Shown here: positions 38,447-54,031 of the stretch, piece by piece
Layout: each line of letters begins with the position of its first letter
How positions within the stretch are numbered: the first letter of the stretch is position 1
Assembly: GCA_951406725.2 (NCBI GenBank)
Contig: OX597827.1
Location: 22,134,001 to 22,198,000 of the forward strand
From: Octopus vulgaris
Taxonomy: Eukaryota
Direction of reading: 5' to 3'
DNA: 64,000 bases
Notes under the pieces: generated by a model
The model's input: only the letters and a program-made list of their open reading frames with translations
Told to the model about the DNA's origin: nothing
Database searches by the model: none
Program-made: the position numbers and the translations under genes

Positions 38447-41400
38447 AAATAAAAGCAGGCAGGCAAAGAAGCAAATTACTTTTGTGGAGACAAACGCTTA
38501 CAGCATCTGTTGGTGTAGAGATGAGAAAAGATACAAGAATTAAAAGAAAAAAAGAATAATCAAAGAAATTTGAAAAAAAATATACAGAAATTTTAAAAAA
38601 AAATCAAAGAAGGAAACACACATTCACACATACACCAAGTAATAACATCGACTAATTAAGAAAACAGCAGGAAAATTAAATAAAAAGAGGAATTCCAATA
38701 ATGATGGTGGGGGCTGTTTTTAATCCCTGCCCCTCCCCCCAGCTGAGACAAAAATATTTGAAGCAAAAAACAAAAAAAAAACTGAATGAAGACAATCAAA
38801 TCAGCTCTGTGTGTAGTAAGGATGTACGAAAGCTCCTCTTTTTTGGTGCAAAATGGCAAAGTGCAGCAGGATCTGTCAAAGCAGCAATCGTTTGCCAAAG
38901 TTCTGACAAGCTCTCTTGTTCTGTGCATATTTTGTTACAACATGTCTGCATGCATGCTCACAAGCATGCATACACACACACACACACTGCTCTTCACAGA
39001 CCAGCTCCATTTCTACTAAACACACACACACACACACACACACACAAAGCACACAAGCACATTCATACCACAAAGTTATATTTAAATGCACACATTAAAA
39101 AAAATACATATATGTGTACACACACATGCACATGGACACATGCATACATACACATGCACACATACTCATGCATATACACACACACACACATGCAAATACA
39201 CGTATACACATACATTATATTATTGGTTAATTGTTAATTGATGTTACAGCCTTGTTAAACTAACGAGGTTTAACCAGCTTTAGATGAAATAGTTGAGGTC
39301 AGCAAGATGTTGGAGAAGGTCTGAGAGGAGCGGTAGGAGGACTGGGAGTAGGGCAGGGGGATAATCACACTACCACCGCCATCACCAACAACATCATGTC
39401 ATGATGATGAGGGTGGTGGTGGCAGTGGTAATGGCACTGGTGGTGGTGGTATGACAGTGGTAATGTATAATACCAGTCAAATATTGGGGTCTGTACTGTT
39501 GACTACACACCTCCTGGGGTCTACAAATCAAGGTGAGCAATGCTTATTAATATTATTTTTGGAAATAGGGCATTGATGTTTGTGGAGTAAGGAGATGCTG
39601 GTTGTAACAGATGGGAACTCCTTTGGTCACTAAAAGAAAAATCTAAATACCAGTGATACACCACTTCACACTGGGGTTAAGGGGGGAGCATGGTATTGGT
39701 TTTCTTCTTTTCTTATCTGACAATTACATCATCATCATCATCATCATCTTTTGTTATCTTCAGTGGTGCATTTCCTTCTCCATCCTTTCTTTTGTACATC
39801 TTAACACACACACACACCTATAAGTGTGTGCTCTTGTATCTATGTGAGAAATTATTATTATTATTATTATTATTGTTATTATCACTATTGTTGTTGTTGT
39901 TGTTGTTGTTAAGGGCAGTAGAATGCTTCATTGAATCTAGTAATTCACTGTTCTGGGTTAGAAACCTTTGATACAATTGCTAAATAAAGGGCAAGTGATA
40001 GACTGGGGTTACGTTTGCTTGTGCACACCCACTGTTCTTTAGAAACAATGGCTCCTGTGTTCGTTTTTTGTTTTAGATGTCAAACCACTGGAAAAGGTCC
40101 TCATTCCAGACAATTTTTATTGCTTATAGGGCATCATCACCGAGAGAAGTCCAACGGTCCATGTTTTCATTGTGGTACTGTGTACTGTTATGAAGTCAAA
40201 ACATTTCATTTGTCAGTGAATGAATCCATCACATCATCAACTGACTCATTCATTAGCTGAGTTCAAGTTGTCGTGTGCACCTAGTGACAAACCCCACTGT
40301 AGACTAAGTGGGAGTAAAACTTCACCCACAAGAGATCATGAGATTAGCCAATCTCTTTGTCATTCCCCACACCATCAATGGTTTTAAGCCTTTCACAAGC
40401 AAGTTGAAAATGTTTGTGTGTGTAAAAATATATGAATCTATACACACTATAACTTATACACCCTGATATTGCCATTCTTGTTAAAAGTATGGACTGTTTT
40501 TCATCCCTGATTCTATGAGACCACCCCTTCCTACATCCCTACGTGCAGAACCTTCTACTTGGCAACTCAATCCTATCACACAGTATGTGGATGATGGAAT
40601 TGAGAGCCTGGAAATAGCATGGTTAAAGATGGAATATCTTTGATGTGGTCCAACATGGAGTTAAGCAACAATTACCACTAAATATTAATGAAGTAAGAAT
40701 GTGGACCTATTGTCAGCCAAGCAGACTGGCATTAACCTTATCACAAAGCTTCATAATTACTGCATAATGACTGCAATAGCGCTAAATATTAAACTCAGAG
40801 TGTCTCTTGCTATTTCATTATGGAATGGGAGGGGAACTGGTCTGTCAGTTCCCCATGCCAAGACATGTTCTCTGGCAAGGGGTCAAGGGACAAGGACTGC
40901 AAGAAAAGCAGTTTGGTTCCCCATAAATCAGACAAGTAGTATTGCTGTTCCATCTTACAGGCTATTTGTACTTTCAGTGGCATATATAATGTGTGTGTGT
41001 GAAAATACCAGTAAAAGATGCCAGACTGTCCTTGCTTCCAAGGAATATATTGCATTCTGCCACTTCAGACATATGTCCAAGCTCCCTGTTGCTGTTTTCG
41101 AGGGGTTTTCTTTCCTTGCAGCTGAAATTTTTACCAACATTGGCTTCTTCACCTATTTAGGCTTGCTTATATGGCAATCCATTCCACAGTTTTCTGTATA
41201 TATTTGTTTTGGGGCTTGTTATTGTTGTTGTTTTTTGTTTAGTTATTGCACAATGAAGGTTGAATGTAGGTGGCTGGTGGTGTGTGTCATTGTATAATCC
41301 ACCCTTCTAATTGAGCTGTAAAATCTTTGGGCAGGTACAACAGGTGAGGAAATAGGCTCAGGTAGCATCATCATTCAGCCTACCACTTGTATTGAATGAC

Positions 41401-41679
41401 CCCTCTTTAGCGGGGAGCTTGTCACATTTATTCTTTCTGATCTAAGCACAAGGTTTGCAATTTTTAAAGGAAGGGGTCTGTCAGTTATGCTCACCCCAGT
41501 ATTCAGCTGGTACTTCATTTTATCCAATCAGAGTTCAATTCTGCAGGATTTTAACTCGGAACAAAAGAATCAGAAGAAATACCACTAAACATATTTCCGC
41601 CACTCCAGCACTTCGACCAGTTTGCAGCCTTACTGATAATAATGATGATGATGATGATAATAATAATAATAATAATCCT

Positions 41680-41890
41680 TTCTAATATAGGGCACAAGAT
41701 CTGAAATTTTGTGGCAGAGAATTGATTACATCAAGCCAAGTCCTTGACTGGGACTTCATTTCATTGAGCCTGAAAGAATGAAAGGCAAAGTTGACCTTGA
41801 CAGAATTTGAACTTTGAACTTAAAGATGCACGAAATGCTGCTAAGCATTTTGCCTGGCATGCTAACCATTCTGCCAACTCACTGCCTTAA
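41680..41890 (-). mobile_element. SINE family A variant
   Basis: GAAAGAATGAAAGGCAAAGTTGACC..ATTTGAACT..CTAAGCATTT..CTGCCAACTCAC; a second decayed copy lies at ~41440-41630. Confidence 0.75.
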
Positions 41891-42154
41891 TAATAATAAT
41901 GATAATGATGATGATGATAATGATGGTGATAATGATGATGATGATGATGATGCTGATAGTAATCACTACTTTAATTACCCTGAGGGTACAAATGAAAACA
42001 TTACAAAGCATAATATATTTGGTGGCCGTAATGAAATATTGCTGAAGATGTGTGTTTGTTGTAAAATAAGAGCTGTAAGAGTTGTATGTAGTGGTTCAAT
42101 CCTCATCTGATGCAGAACTTAATGTGTTGAGAGTGGAATAGGATGTGTTTATTT

Positions 42155-43050
42155 CATCATCATCATCATCATCACCATTTAACCTCCACGTTCCAGACTG
42201 GCATAAGACGGACAGTTGAAGAGGGTCCAAGCCAGAGAACTGCATCAAGCTCCAATGTTTCTCTTGGCAGGGTTTCCACAGCTGGATGACATTTTCTGAT
42301 GCTGGGCCCCTTTACAGAGCATAACGAATGCTTTAGTCGTGGCACCAGCGCTAACGAGGTCAGCAAGTAACTCACAGGACAAGACCCCTAAACTGAGCAG
42401 GGAGTAGTAGTGAGAGAGGTGGCTAGATTACGCTAGGTGATGAGCAGGATAGAGGGATAAGAACAGGGGTCTTGCTGTGAAGGGGATACATGGCTATGCC
42501 AGTGGGAAAAGAGATGAAGATGGTGGGAACGAGATGTCAGGATACATCTTCAAGTTACAAGAAGGTGAAGGAGAGAATAAGGACTGGGGATGCGAGTGAC
42601 AAACAGACAGAGATGGAGAGAGAGTGAGATGAATGAAGTGAATAGTGGTCAGCAGTGGATGCATGATGGTCAGTGGTGAATATCGGTGTGGAGGAGGAAG
42701 TGATAAGTGGCAGTAAATAATGTAGATAGATGAGAAATAGGGAGATGGTGTCAAGTGTGTAGTAAAGAGAGAGAGGGATGCACAGTGACAGAGATGGAGG
42801 TCAGAAGTATGTAGGGATGGATATTGTAATGAACAAGGCTGGTGGTAGTGGTGGGTGTCATTGGAAGATAGTAGAGGGTGTTAAGGATGAGGTATGGCAG
42901 TTCTAAAATGTAGCTGAGGGGGAAAAGAAAGGAAATTTAGTGGAAAATAAGTTTGGAAGGAAGGAAGGGGGAAATGATATTGAAAATGAGGGAGGGGTAA
43001 ATAGAGGGAGTAGTTCCAAAGAGAGGGATAACTGGGAGCATTAAAAGGGA
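42155..43050 (-). mobile_element. SINE family C with purine-rich extension
   Basis: (TCA)n tail, CAGCTGGATG.. body, then GA-rich sequence similar to 8270-8800. Confidence 0.55.
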
Positions 43051-43743
43051 GATGAAATGTATGTAGTTCTGCTCTCATATAATTACAACAGCTGAGTAAA
43101 TAGGTTTTGGTGGGATGGTTGTTAGCAAGAAGATTAATTGTGGAGAAGGCTTGACACTGGCTGGGTGCAGGGGCATAGACATAAACTATATGGTTTTAAG
43201 GACCTCAGTTTTGGGTCTCCACACTCCCACCTCTTCCGCATTTAATTGTATTCAAGACTCTCTCTCTCATCTTTTTCCTATGTCTGTGTGTCATTGATGA
43301 CCACATTTTTTACACTGATGAAGCTATGACCTCCCACTCTACACCACCAACTCGCAATTAGCCATTAACTGTTTGCTAATGAATGTTAACTATGTGTCTT
43401 GTGATATGCAAATGAACTTGGATAATTTGCATTCCATATTATGCTAATACACATGCACACACTCCTGTACACAAATAGGCAATGTTATACACGCCCATTA
43501 TTGTTTATACACTTTCTACACACAGATATACAATCTTGTACACATTCAGGTGTGTGCACACACACACACATGCATTTTGGGGGTGGACAAGAAGGTTCAA
43601 TGGGGGTGGAGTGGGGTGGGGGTTATTTTAAAATCTGTCCAAAAGTATTTAGGGGTGAAGGAAGAGGATTTTCATTCTAGGAAAGTTAGTCTTCCCTTCA
43701 TTCTTTTACTGTTTTGTATACTTAAAGGATCAGACAGACTGTG

Positions 43744-43795
<52 letters not shown>

Positions 43796-45687
43796 TTATG
43801 TTTATATAACCACTCAGTTCTGGGCACACACTTGTAGCAGAAACAGCTATAAGCTAATGAATGTGATTCCCTAACTCTTGTTCTTTTATCATTCATTAAT
43901 TGATGTGTGATTTTACAACAATTCTGATGGTTGTATGTTAGTTGTGATGTTAAAGTTTTTAATCATTGCATTAGTGTGATGCTGTCACACATTTTAACAC
44001 ACAGATGTGTGTGTATATATGTGTGCATACAATAAGCATCCAAGAGAAATTTGCAAGTTGGAATAAAGTTGCTGTTGGGCCAGAATTGGAAGGAGGGGGG
44101 ACCCCTCTCCTCTGTAAATTCACCAAAACTTCTTCTTGGCTTTCTGGGTCCCAGACTGGTATATAGGCTGAATCCCACTGCCATCATAGGCTCTGTACAC
44201 ACAAGCTACATCTCTCCCTACCCCCTCTCTCTCTCCTATGATAACACATATGATAAATAACAAACACTCCTTTATGCTATCTACTTATCAGTGAGTTGTC
44301 CATAAGTCAGAATAAACTACATTTTCAGTGTGAGTAACAGGGCATTTTTATATTTCATTGGGTCATATATTACTGGTTATGGTATAAACTAGCTCTGAAT
44401 GTTACTGTCAGTTTCATGCTAATGCGCTGAGGCAATAATGACAACTCTTTAGCCATGCTAGCCAGAAACACTGCATAGGTGTAATTGTTCACACCAGGAA
44501 AACACTGCTGTTTGATAAACTTTTGATCTGGGGATGCGAGTGACAAACAGACAGAGATGGAGAGAGAGTGAGATGAATGAAGTGAATAGTGGTCAGCAGT
44601 GGATGCATGATGGTCAGTGGTGAATATCGGTGTGGAGGAGGAAGTGATAAGTGGCAGTAAATAATGTAGATAGATGAGAAATAGGGAGATGGTGTCAAGT
44701 GTGTAGTAAAGAGAGAGAGGGATGCACAGTGACAGAGATGGAGGTCAGAAGTATGTAGGGATGGATATTGTAATGAACAAGGCTGGTGGTAGTGGTGGGT
44801 GTCATTGGAAGATAGTAGAGGGTGTTAAGGATGAGGTATGGCAGTTCTAAAATGTAGCTGAGGGGGAAAAGAAAGGAAATTTAGTGGAAAATAAGTTTGG
44901 AAGGAAGGAAGGGGGAAATGATATTGAAAATGAGGGAGGGGTAAATAGAGGGAGTAGTTCCAAAGAGAGGGATAACTGGGAGCATTAAAAGGGAGATGAA
45001 ATGTATGTAGTTCTGCTCTCATATAATTACAACAGCTGAGTAAATAGGTTTTGGTGGGATGGTTGTTAGCAAGAAGATTAATTGTGGAGAAGGCTTGACA
45101 CTGGCTGGGTGCAGGGGCATAGACATAAACTATATGGTTTTAAGGACCTCAGTTTTGGGTCTCCACACTCCCACCTCTTCCGCATTTAATTGTATTCAAG
45201 ACTCTCTCTCTCATCTTTTTCCTATGTCTGTGTGTCATTGATGACCAAATTTTTTACACTGATGAAGCTATGACCTCCCACTCTACACCACCAACTCGCA
45301 ATTAGCCATTAACTGTTTGCTAATGAATGTTAACTATGTGTCTTGTGATATGCAAATGAACTTGGATAATTTGCATTCCATATTATGCTAATACACATGC
45401 ACACACTCCTGTACACAAATAGGCAATGTTATACACGCCCATTATTGTTTATACACTTTCTACACACAGATATACAATCTTGTACACATTCAGGTGTGTG
45501 CACACACACACACATGCATTTTGGGGGTGGACAAGAAGGTTCAATGGGGGTGGAGTGGGGTGGGGGTTATTTTAAAATCTGTCCAAAAGTATTTAGGGGT
45601 GAAGGAAGAGGATTTTCATTCTAGGAAAGTTAGTCTTCCCTTCATTCTTTTACTGTTTTGTATACTTAAAGGATCAGACAGACTGTG

Positions 45688-45741
<54 letters not shown>

Positions 45742-46478
45742 TTATGTTTATATAACCACTCAGTTCTGGGCACACACTTGTAGCAGAAACAGCTATAAGC
45801 TAATGAATGTGATTCCCTAACTCTTGTTCTTTTATCATTCATTAATTGATGTGTGATTTTACAACAATTCTGATGGTTGTATGTTAGTTGTGATGTTAAA
45901 GTTTTTAATCATTGCATTAGTGTGATGCTGTCACACATTTTAACACACAGATGTGTGTGTATATATGTGTGCATACAATAAGCATCCAAGAGAAATTTGC
46001 AAGTTGGAATAAAGTTGCTGTTGGGCCAGAATTGGAAGGAGGGGGGGACCCCTCTCCTCTGTAAATTCACCAAAACTTCTTGGCTTTCTGGGTCCCAGAC
46101 TGGTATATAGGCTGAATCCCACTGCCATCATAGGCTCTGTACACACAAGCTACATCTCTCCCTACCCCCTCTCTCTCTCTCCTATGATAACACATATGAT
46201 AAATAACAAACACTCCTTTATGCTATCTACTTATCAGTGAGTTGTCCATAAGTCAGAATAAACTACATTTTCAGTGTGAGTAACAGGGCATTTTTATATT
46301 TCATTGGGTCATATATTACTGGTTATGGTATAAACTAGCTCTGAATGTTACTGTCAGTTTCATGCTAATGCGCTGAGGCAATAATGACAACTCTTTAGCC
46401 ATGCTAGCCAGAAACACTGCATAGGTGTAATTGTTCACACCAGGAAAACACTGCTGTTTGATAAACTTTTGATCTGGG
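42584..46478. repeat. Near-identical direct tandem duplication, ~1.94-kb unit
   Basis: Copy 1 42584-44527, copy 2 44528-46473; identical ORFs offset by 1944; CTGGG microhomology at all three boundaries. Confidence 0.97.
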
Positions 46479-46489
46479 TCAAACAAACA

Positions 46490-47400
46490 GACTCAGAAGT
46501 CTCCTTTGGTGGGAGCATTCAACAGCGCAGATATTGGCAATCTCTAGGCTTCTTTATACTAGATACCTTTGGTAAAAATAATTCTTGGCCTGTATAGAGA
46601 CACTGCTTTAGTTATCTCTAGAGGCATGACTGGGCACACTCTGGACAGGCTTAGGAAAGATCTGACCCACACTCTAAACTCCCTGGAGCTTTGGATTACT
46701 ATTGGTTAATTTCATAGATATTTTGACACACTGGCCTTGTATTATGACGGGGCTCTGGCAGCTAGCAGATTCAAAGACTACATCACATAGTGCTGCTAAA
46801 AACTCATCTGGGTCCCTTCCTGTTTTCTCACTTGACATGAGAAGGGAGCAGAGGTGGATACTTATAGAGAAATATGCTGGGGCAATGGAGGGCTAAATAG
46901 TCATAGATCCTCTTTTAGAATCTAAGTGAGGTGCCATGTTACAATGCCAACCAAGTATATATGGTGATTAAAAGAGGAAGAAATGCTATACAAAATAAAC
47001 TGGAAACTGCTGGAATGGCCGAGTCCATATCTAAACTGAAGTAGGTGTTGAAAGCTTTGTTTGGTGAAGAGGAGAATCACTCTAAAAAATTCACACAAGT
47101 GCTTTCGTGAACTTGAAAAGCATACTATTCAGATGCAGCCCTCACAGGGAATGTCCATTTTTGGATGAGAGAATGACACACACCTACACACACAACTAAC
47201 AGGATAACATCAGTTCATGGGAAATAACTCTTCTTTTTCTTCTGAAAAATGTTATTCTTTTCACTGTTTCATTCCATTTTCCTTTTAGCTTCTGAGCCGC
47301 CGCCCAGACTCTTTGCTTACCTCCAGTATAAAAGAGGAGGCTATGCACTTCCCCAGAGCACGTGTGAAACTGATGCTAACGTTCTGACCAGTTATATCTT
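46490..47400 (+). mobile_element. Decayed Penelope-like element (RT plus GIY-YIG C-terminal remnants)
   Basis: GLYRDTALV..GHTLDRLRKDL..IT and VNFIDI (PLE RT GLYRDDGL..VNFLD); KYIW*LKEEEMLYKINWKLLEWPSPY..C*KLCL (PLE endonuclease C-terminus). Confidence 0.8.
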
Positions 47401-47426
47401 ATAATCAATAATCTACTACTCATTGG

Positions 47427-47428
47427 TG

Positions 47429-47460
<32 letters not shown>

Positions 47461-47586
47461 TGCATATATATATATATATATATATAGAGACATGCATATA
47501 TATATACACATGTATATATCTATATATGTGTATATATATATATATGTGTATGTATATATATATGTATATATATGTATATATGTATA

Positions 47587-47671
<85 letters not shown>

Positions 47672-47757
47672 GTATATATATATGTATATATATATGTATA
47701 TATATGTATATATATATGTATATATATATGTATATATATATATGTATATATATACAT
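47427..47757. repeat. (TA)n-derived array
   Basis: Directly visible. Confidence 0.95.
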
Positions 47758-47758
47758 A

Positions 47759-47952
47759 CAGTAGAACCTTGGTTTTCGACCGACTCTGATCACAAATAAA
47801 TTGTACAGTTATCTCCTGTCTTTCTCATATTCATTTAATACAGTAGAAACTCAGTTTACAAATGCCTCTGATCACAAATAAATCTTGCTTTTTATATATA
47901 TAAAGCGCATTTTATTCACGATTGGAATTGTTTGAAAACTGAGGTATTACTG
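47759..47952. mobile_element. Tigger/pogo-type MITE
   Basis: TA|CAGTAGAACCTTGGTTTTCGA at left, TTTGAAAACTGAGGTATTACTG at right (imperfect TIR); internal repeat of the left end at ~47840. Confidence 0.6.
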
Positions 47953-48209
47953 TGTATACACACACACACTCACACACATGCATATACATACTTACATATA
48001 ATGAGGGAGAGAAGAATGCTTACCTATGGCTTGTACGAATATAATGTATGTTTTTTTATTCTATAACCTGTATACCATAACTTCTCTCTTCACCCATGCA
48101 ATCAGTCTGATTGATTGATTGATCACTCATTGATCAGTATCTCTCATCACTAAAGACCAACAAAGTAACTAATTTACTCATGCTTAACAAATATTTATCC
48201 CAGAAATTT

Positions 48210-48252
<43 letters not shown>

Positions 48253-48988
48253 CTTCCTTTATTTCTTGATTCTTTTCCTGGGGATTGAACCTAGATTCCT
48301 TATTAGAGTTACAGCTGATGTAGAGATGCTGGGGCTTCACTTATTTTTCTTATAACCTGTCTTAGTGTCCAGTTTTTGGTCCTTTATAGGAATAGCCAGC
48401 ACCTACATCTCAGATGCTTTTAGTAACAGCATGACCATCACTCCTTCACTTCCTTCTAAAATATTCATTTAATTTATTGACATTCCATTGCTTGATCTCA
48501 GCATTTTTTTTTGTGCCTCTCTTCTTTCATTGTTGCTGCTGTTGTTGTTATTGTTGTTGTTCTGTTTAAACACTTGAGGCTGCAGCTTACTACCAGCACC
48601 ACTACACACTCATCCAAACTGTCGAAGTAGATCCAAATATTAACACCCCCCACCATCCTTTAACGTCCATATAGTTGAGCTTAAATGGTCCCTTAGAAAT
48701 TTCGTCTTTTTTCTTTTTTTACTTTTGCTGTAACACGTTATCCCTGCCAAATTTTCATTCCCCTCAATCATTGGCCCCTGCCAACTACTACTGTATGTTA
48801 ACTCTCACCATAACCCCTTAACCTGTGCTGTGTATTTTGGCCTGAAAGAAGAACCTTTTTGGGGTTGTTTGACCCTCTCTAGGTTATGATTCATGAAAGT
48901 CTGTCTGACAAAACAATAAACCACATCTTGCTCACTCCTCTCATTTTATATGTGTCTACACATACACATATATGTGTGTGTGTGTGTG

Positions 48989-49020
<32 letters not shown>

Positions 49021-49399
49021 TGCACATACATGCACATACATGCACACACACTCACACGCACACATGCACCATCTATAAATAGTTCTCTGCATACACCTGT
49101 TTTCATGATACATATTTTGTCACAAATGAAGGTTGGTGTCATTAAAGGTTTAGTTCTCTTCATATTATTTTTGGTAAGATTCATGCCATAAGAATGAAAG
49201 AGGCCATATTTTTATCATTACAAGGATTCCTGTGTCTCAACCAATTCTACAAAACAATAATATATTGACTGTTTGAGCAGTTTCCTTTCTATGAGGTCTG
49301 AGTCCTTCCATCTGGCTGCTTCTTAAATTCTGCATCAGAGTTGGAATTACTTTCATACCTTCTATTCTTTGTGACACTGCCTCAGAGACTCATTGTTTT

Positions 49400-50360
<961 letters not shown>

Positions 50361-50362
50361 TT

Positions 50363-50545
50363 ATCATCATCATCATTTAACGTCCGCCTTCCATGCTAGC
50401 ATGGGTTGGATGGTTCAACTGGGGTCTGGGAAGCCAGCAGGCTGCACCAGGCCCAGTCTGATCTGGCAGTGTTTCTACAGCTGGATGCCCTTCCTAACGC
50501 CAACCACTCCGTGAGTGTAGTGGGTGCTTTTTCGTGCCACAGGCA
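50363..50545 (-). mobile_element. SINE family C
   Basis: (TCA)n TTTAACGTCCGCCTTCCATGC..CAGCTGGATGCCCTTCCTAACGCCAACCAC. Confidence 0.9.
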
Positions 50546-51254
50546 CATATATATGTATATATTATAAAGGAAGTGGTATTTACTTTCATCTCTAATCACT
50601 CTCTTTAACTGCTGGTCATCTTTTGGGGGTGGGACAAGATAAAGTAACTTGCAATAAACTCACAGTCGATGGAACTAACTACATCATCATCACCAGCACC
50701 AGCACCACCAGCACATCATCATCATCATTAATTACAGCAAGAATAAAGCAGTAGATTGTCTGACAGTATTTAGACTTGTGCTTCTACTTCTCTCTCTCTC
50801 TTCAAATCTCAATGACTTCTCCACCATTTGCACATCGTCAGCCCTGACCCAGATTTCACAAACTAAGTACCAGGCATAAACTACTATGAAATCATTTTGT
50901 TCTTCTGCATTTCTTACAAAATTATGGTAGTGTACCAGTAGTGAGGAAATATTGATTCTACTACAAAGGTGGAAAAATAGTCAAGGTGGTTCAACGTGGA
51001 CTAAATGGTTCTTAAAGCTCTCTCCATTCTCAGACCAAATCATGTTAATCTTCACTCTTACTCATTAAGTGGCCATTGTCATTCATAATGTTCTTGTTGT
51101 TAAATTCCTCCAAATTATGGTCACAAATAGACAGAGAGAGAAAGAGAGCGAGAGAGAAGGCTCTGGAAAATTCCTGTTACAAATTATACTGCTGACTGTT
51201 GGACATTGGATGTTGATGATGGTTTCGTTCATACATACATACATGTGTGTTTGT

Positions 51255-51490
51255 GTGTGGCTAAGTGGTTAGGGTGTTGGACTCATGATTGAAAGATTGT
51301 GGTTTCGATTCCTGGATTGGGTGATGTTTTGTGTTCTTGAGCAAAAAGCTTCATATCATGTAGCTTCAGTTCATCCAGCTGGCAGAAATGAGCTAACCCT
51401 GTCAGGGACTGGCGTCCTGTCCAGTGGGGGTAAATATACATGTGCCATGAAAACTGGCTTTATGAGGTTATATGACTTAAGAAGAAGCTT
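51255..51490 (+). mobile_element. SINE family D2
   Basis: GTGGCTAAGTGGTTAGGGTG..GGTTTCGATTCC..TGTGTTCTTGAGCAAA..GACTGGCGTCCTGTCCAG. Confidence 0.8.
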
Positions 51491-51494
51491 TATC

Positions 51495-51545
<51 letters not shown>

Positions 51546-51652
51546 CGCAGGCATAATATATATATATATCTTTGTGTGTGTGTATGTCCAACCCATGCCA
51601 GCATGGAAAATGGATGTTCAACCAAGCTGATGATGATGGTGATGATATATTT

Positions 51653-51684
<32 letters not shown>

Positions 51685-52419
51685 AATATGTATCTATATA
51701 TATATATATGTATATATATATTGATATATGACTGACTTATGCACATTCAAGACGTGTGTCTGTGTGTACACACAAAAACTTTCAGATTCCTCCTTCAACT
51801 GATTTTGTTTCATTTGAAATGTTTTTTGTTCCTGTCTCCAAAACAAACCACCTTGTTTCACTCTCACACCTTTGAGATGGTCACGAGGGGAGAGCCTTAC
51901 ATGTGCCGCACTGTTGTCTCTCTATCTTATTATTATATAGGGCCAGTTTCTCTTTTGCTGGGCAGGGTAGTTTTGATCTTGATAAAATGTCTGACTGTGG
52001 TTGAAGAGTCAATATTTTTATGTGTGAAGAGTACAGTTCTTTGTTCCTTCTTGCCCTGAAGGGTCCACACTGCAGCTGAAGGGTCACTCTGTACATCATG
52101 TTGCATTCATGTGTTGTCACTTTTCCATGGTTGCATGGGTCAGGCGGCGGAATTTGTGGAGACAGACTTTCTACAGCCGGGGTGCCCTTCCTGTCATTAA
52201 TCCTCACTGGTTTCCAGGCAACGTACTATTTCCTCATGGCCAGACATATTTTCATGGCAGACTGGAAATGTACAACATTGCCTGTATGAGAGCAAAGCTC
52301 ATTTACAACCATTACATAATGTCTAGTCAAAAGTACACATGCAGACACACACACACACACACACACTCCCACACACATACACACACACTCCCACACATAC
52401 ATGTATGTATATAAGTACG

Positions 52420-52470
<51 letters not shown>

Positions 52471-52669
52471 CTATCTATCTATATATATGTGTGTGTGTGT
52501 GTGTATATGATGATACGCACACACATACACACACAAGTGTGCATATGCACATGCATGCTTCTACTCACACAATGCACTCCTGTAGATGATACACGTTTTG
52601 ATGGCATTCAGCAAAAAGTGGTTTTTAATTTTTTTTTCAATTATAAAAAGCAAAAACAAAACCCGTAGA

Positions 52670-52780
52670 AGACATCAACCTGTCCACAACACAGCCTGTT
52701 AGGGGACATCAGCCTTCCAACCATCATCACAGCCTGTTAGGGGACACCAACCTGTCCGTTACCAACACAACCCAGTAAGC
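52670..52780. repeat. Three-unit ~36-bp minisatellite
   Basis: GACATCAACCTGTCC..CACAGCCTGTTAGGG repeated imperfectly. Confidence 0.75.
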
Positions 52781-53074
52781 TATTAATCCTGAAACCATGA
52801 CAATTTATTTATTACATTTGTTGTTTTTATCTTGTTTGTTGTTTGTTGATATTTTGAAACGCATCCATCCATGAATTCATTCATCCATCCACATTGTGCA
52901 TAAAATAATAATAATAATAATGATAATGATAATAATGATGATGATGATGATGATACTTATCTATGTAAACTACTGGAAATAATTTAGAGAAGCATTCTTC
53001 TAGTGTTCCCACTCGTGCTGAACTTAGAGGAAATTGTGTGTGTGTGCATATGTAAATGTGTGTATATAATTTAG

Positions 53075-53111
<37 letters not shown>

Positions 53112-53389
53112 TACATATATTTATATACATATGCATACAAGTCGGCATATAAATTTTATATATACTTGTATATTTAATATACATATTTATATACATGCAA
53201 ACATCATCATCGTCATCATTGTTTGATGATAATGTTTGCATGTATATAAATATATGTACATAAGTACATATACACACGTATATACATATATGCACCTATA
53301 ATACACATATATATATGTATACACAAAAATACATACACATAAATACATGTACATATGTACACACACACATGTACATACATATATACATT

Positions 53390-53438
<49 letters not shown>

Positions 53439-53528
53439 TGTGTACATGTATGTATATATAGATATATATGAATATATATATATATATATATACACACATG
53501 TGTACATGTATGTATATATAGATATATA

Positions 53529-53570
<42 letters not shown>

Positions 53571-53978
53571 TACACTAACACACACACATCTATATGTATG
53601 TGTGTTTGTATATTAATTTTTTTTTTCTTTTCTCTAAACATTTTGACTTGGCCTTTCATCATTCCAGGATTTGATAAAACACAATAAAACACAAAATATG
53701 ATGTCATTTCTGACGTTGTGCCAATACGAAAGCAAAGAGTTTTAAGAAAGAAATTATTATTATTGTTGTTATTACTATTATTATAATTAAAAGAAGAAAA
53801 CGGAAAAGGAATATCTGAGTATATTGTCTGATGCCATATCAACGAAATATGGTATGGCCGTGAAACAAAATTTTTGTGTGAGATAAACAGGCTTAAAAGA
53901 ATCAGATTGTTTTCAAAGACTGCAATGGCTTCTGATTCTTGGGAAAGCACCTCTATAAATATACATTCAAATAAATAA

Positions 53979-54031
<53 letters not shown>

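Noticed and set aside
40701-41297. 198-aa ORF downstream of the zinc-finger gene
   Set aside because: Non-ATG start, no recognisable domain, composition like non-coding DNA
52670-52780. Repeat-spacer look (CRISPR-like)
   Set aside because: Three degenerate units with related spacers in eukaryotic DNA; a minisatellite
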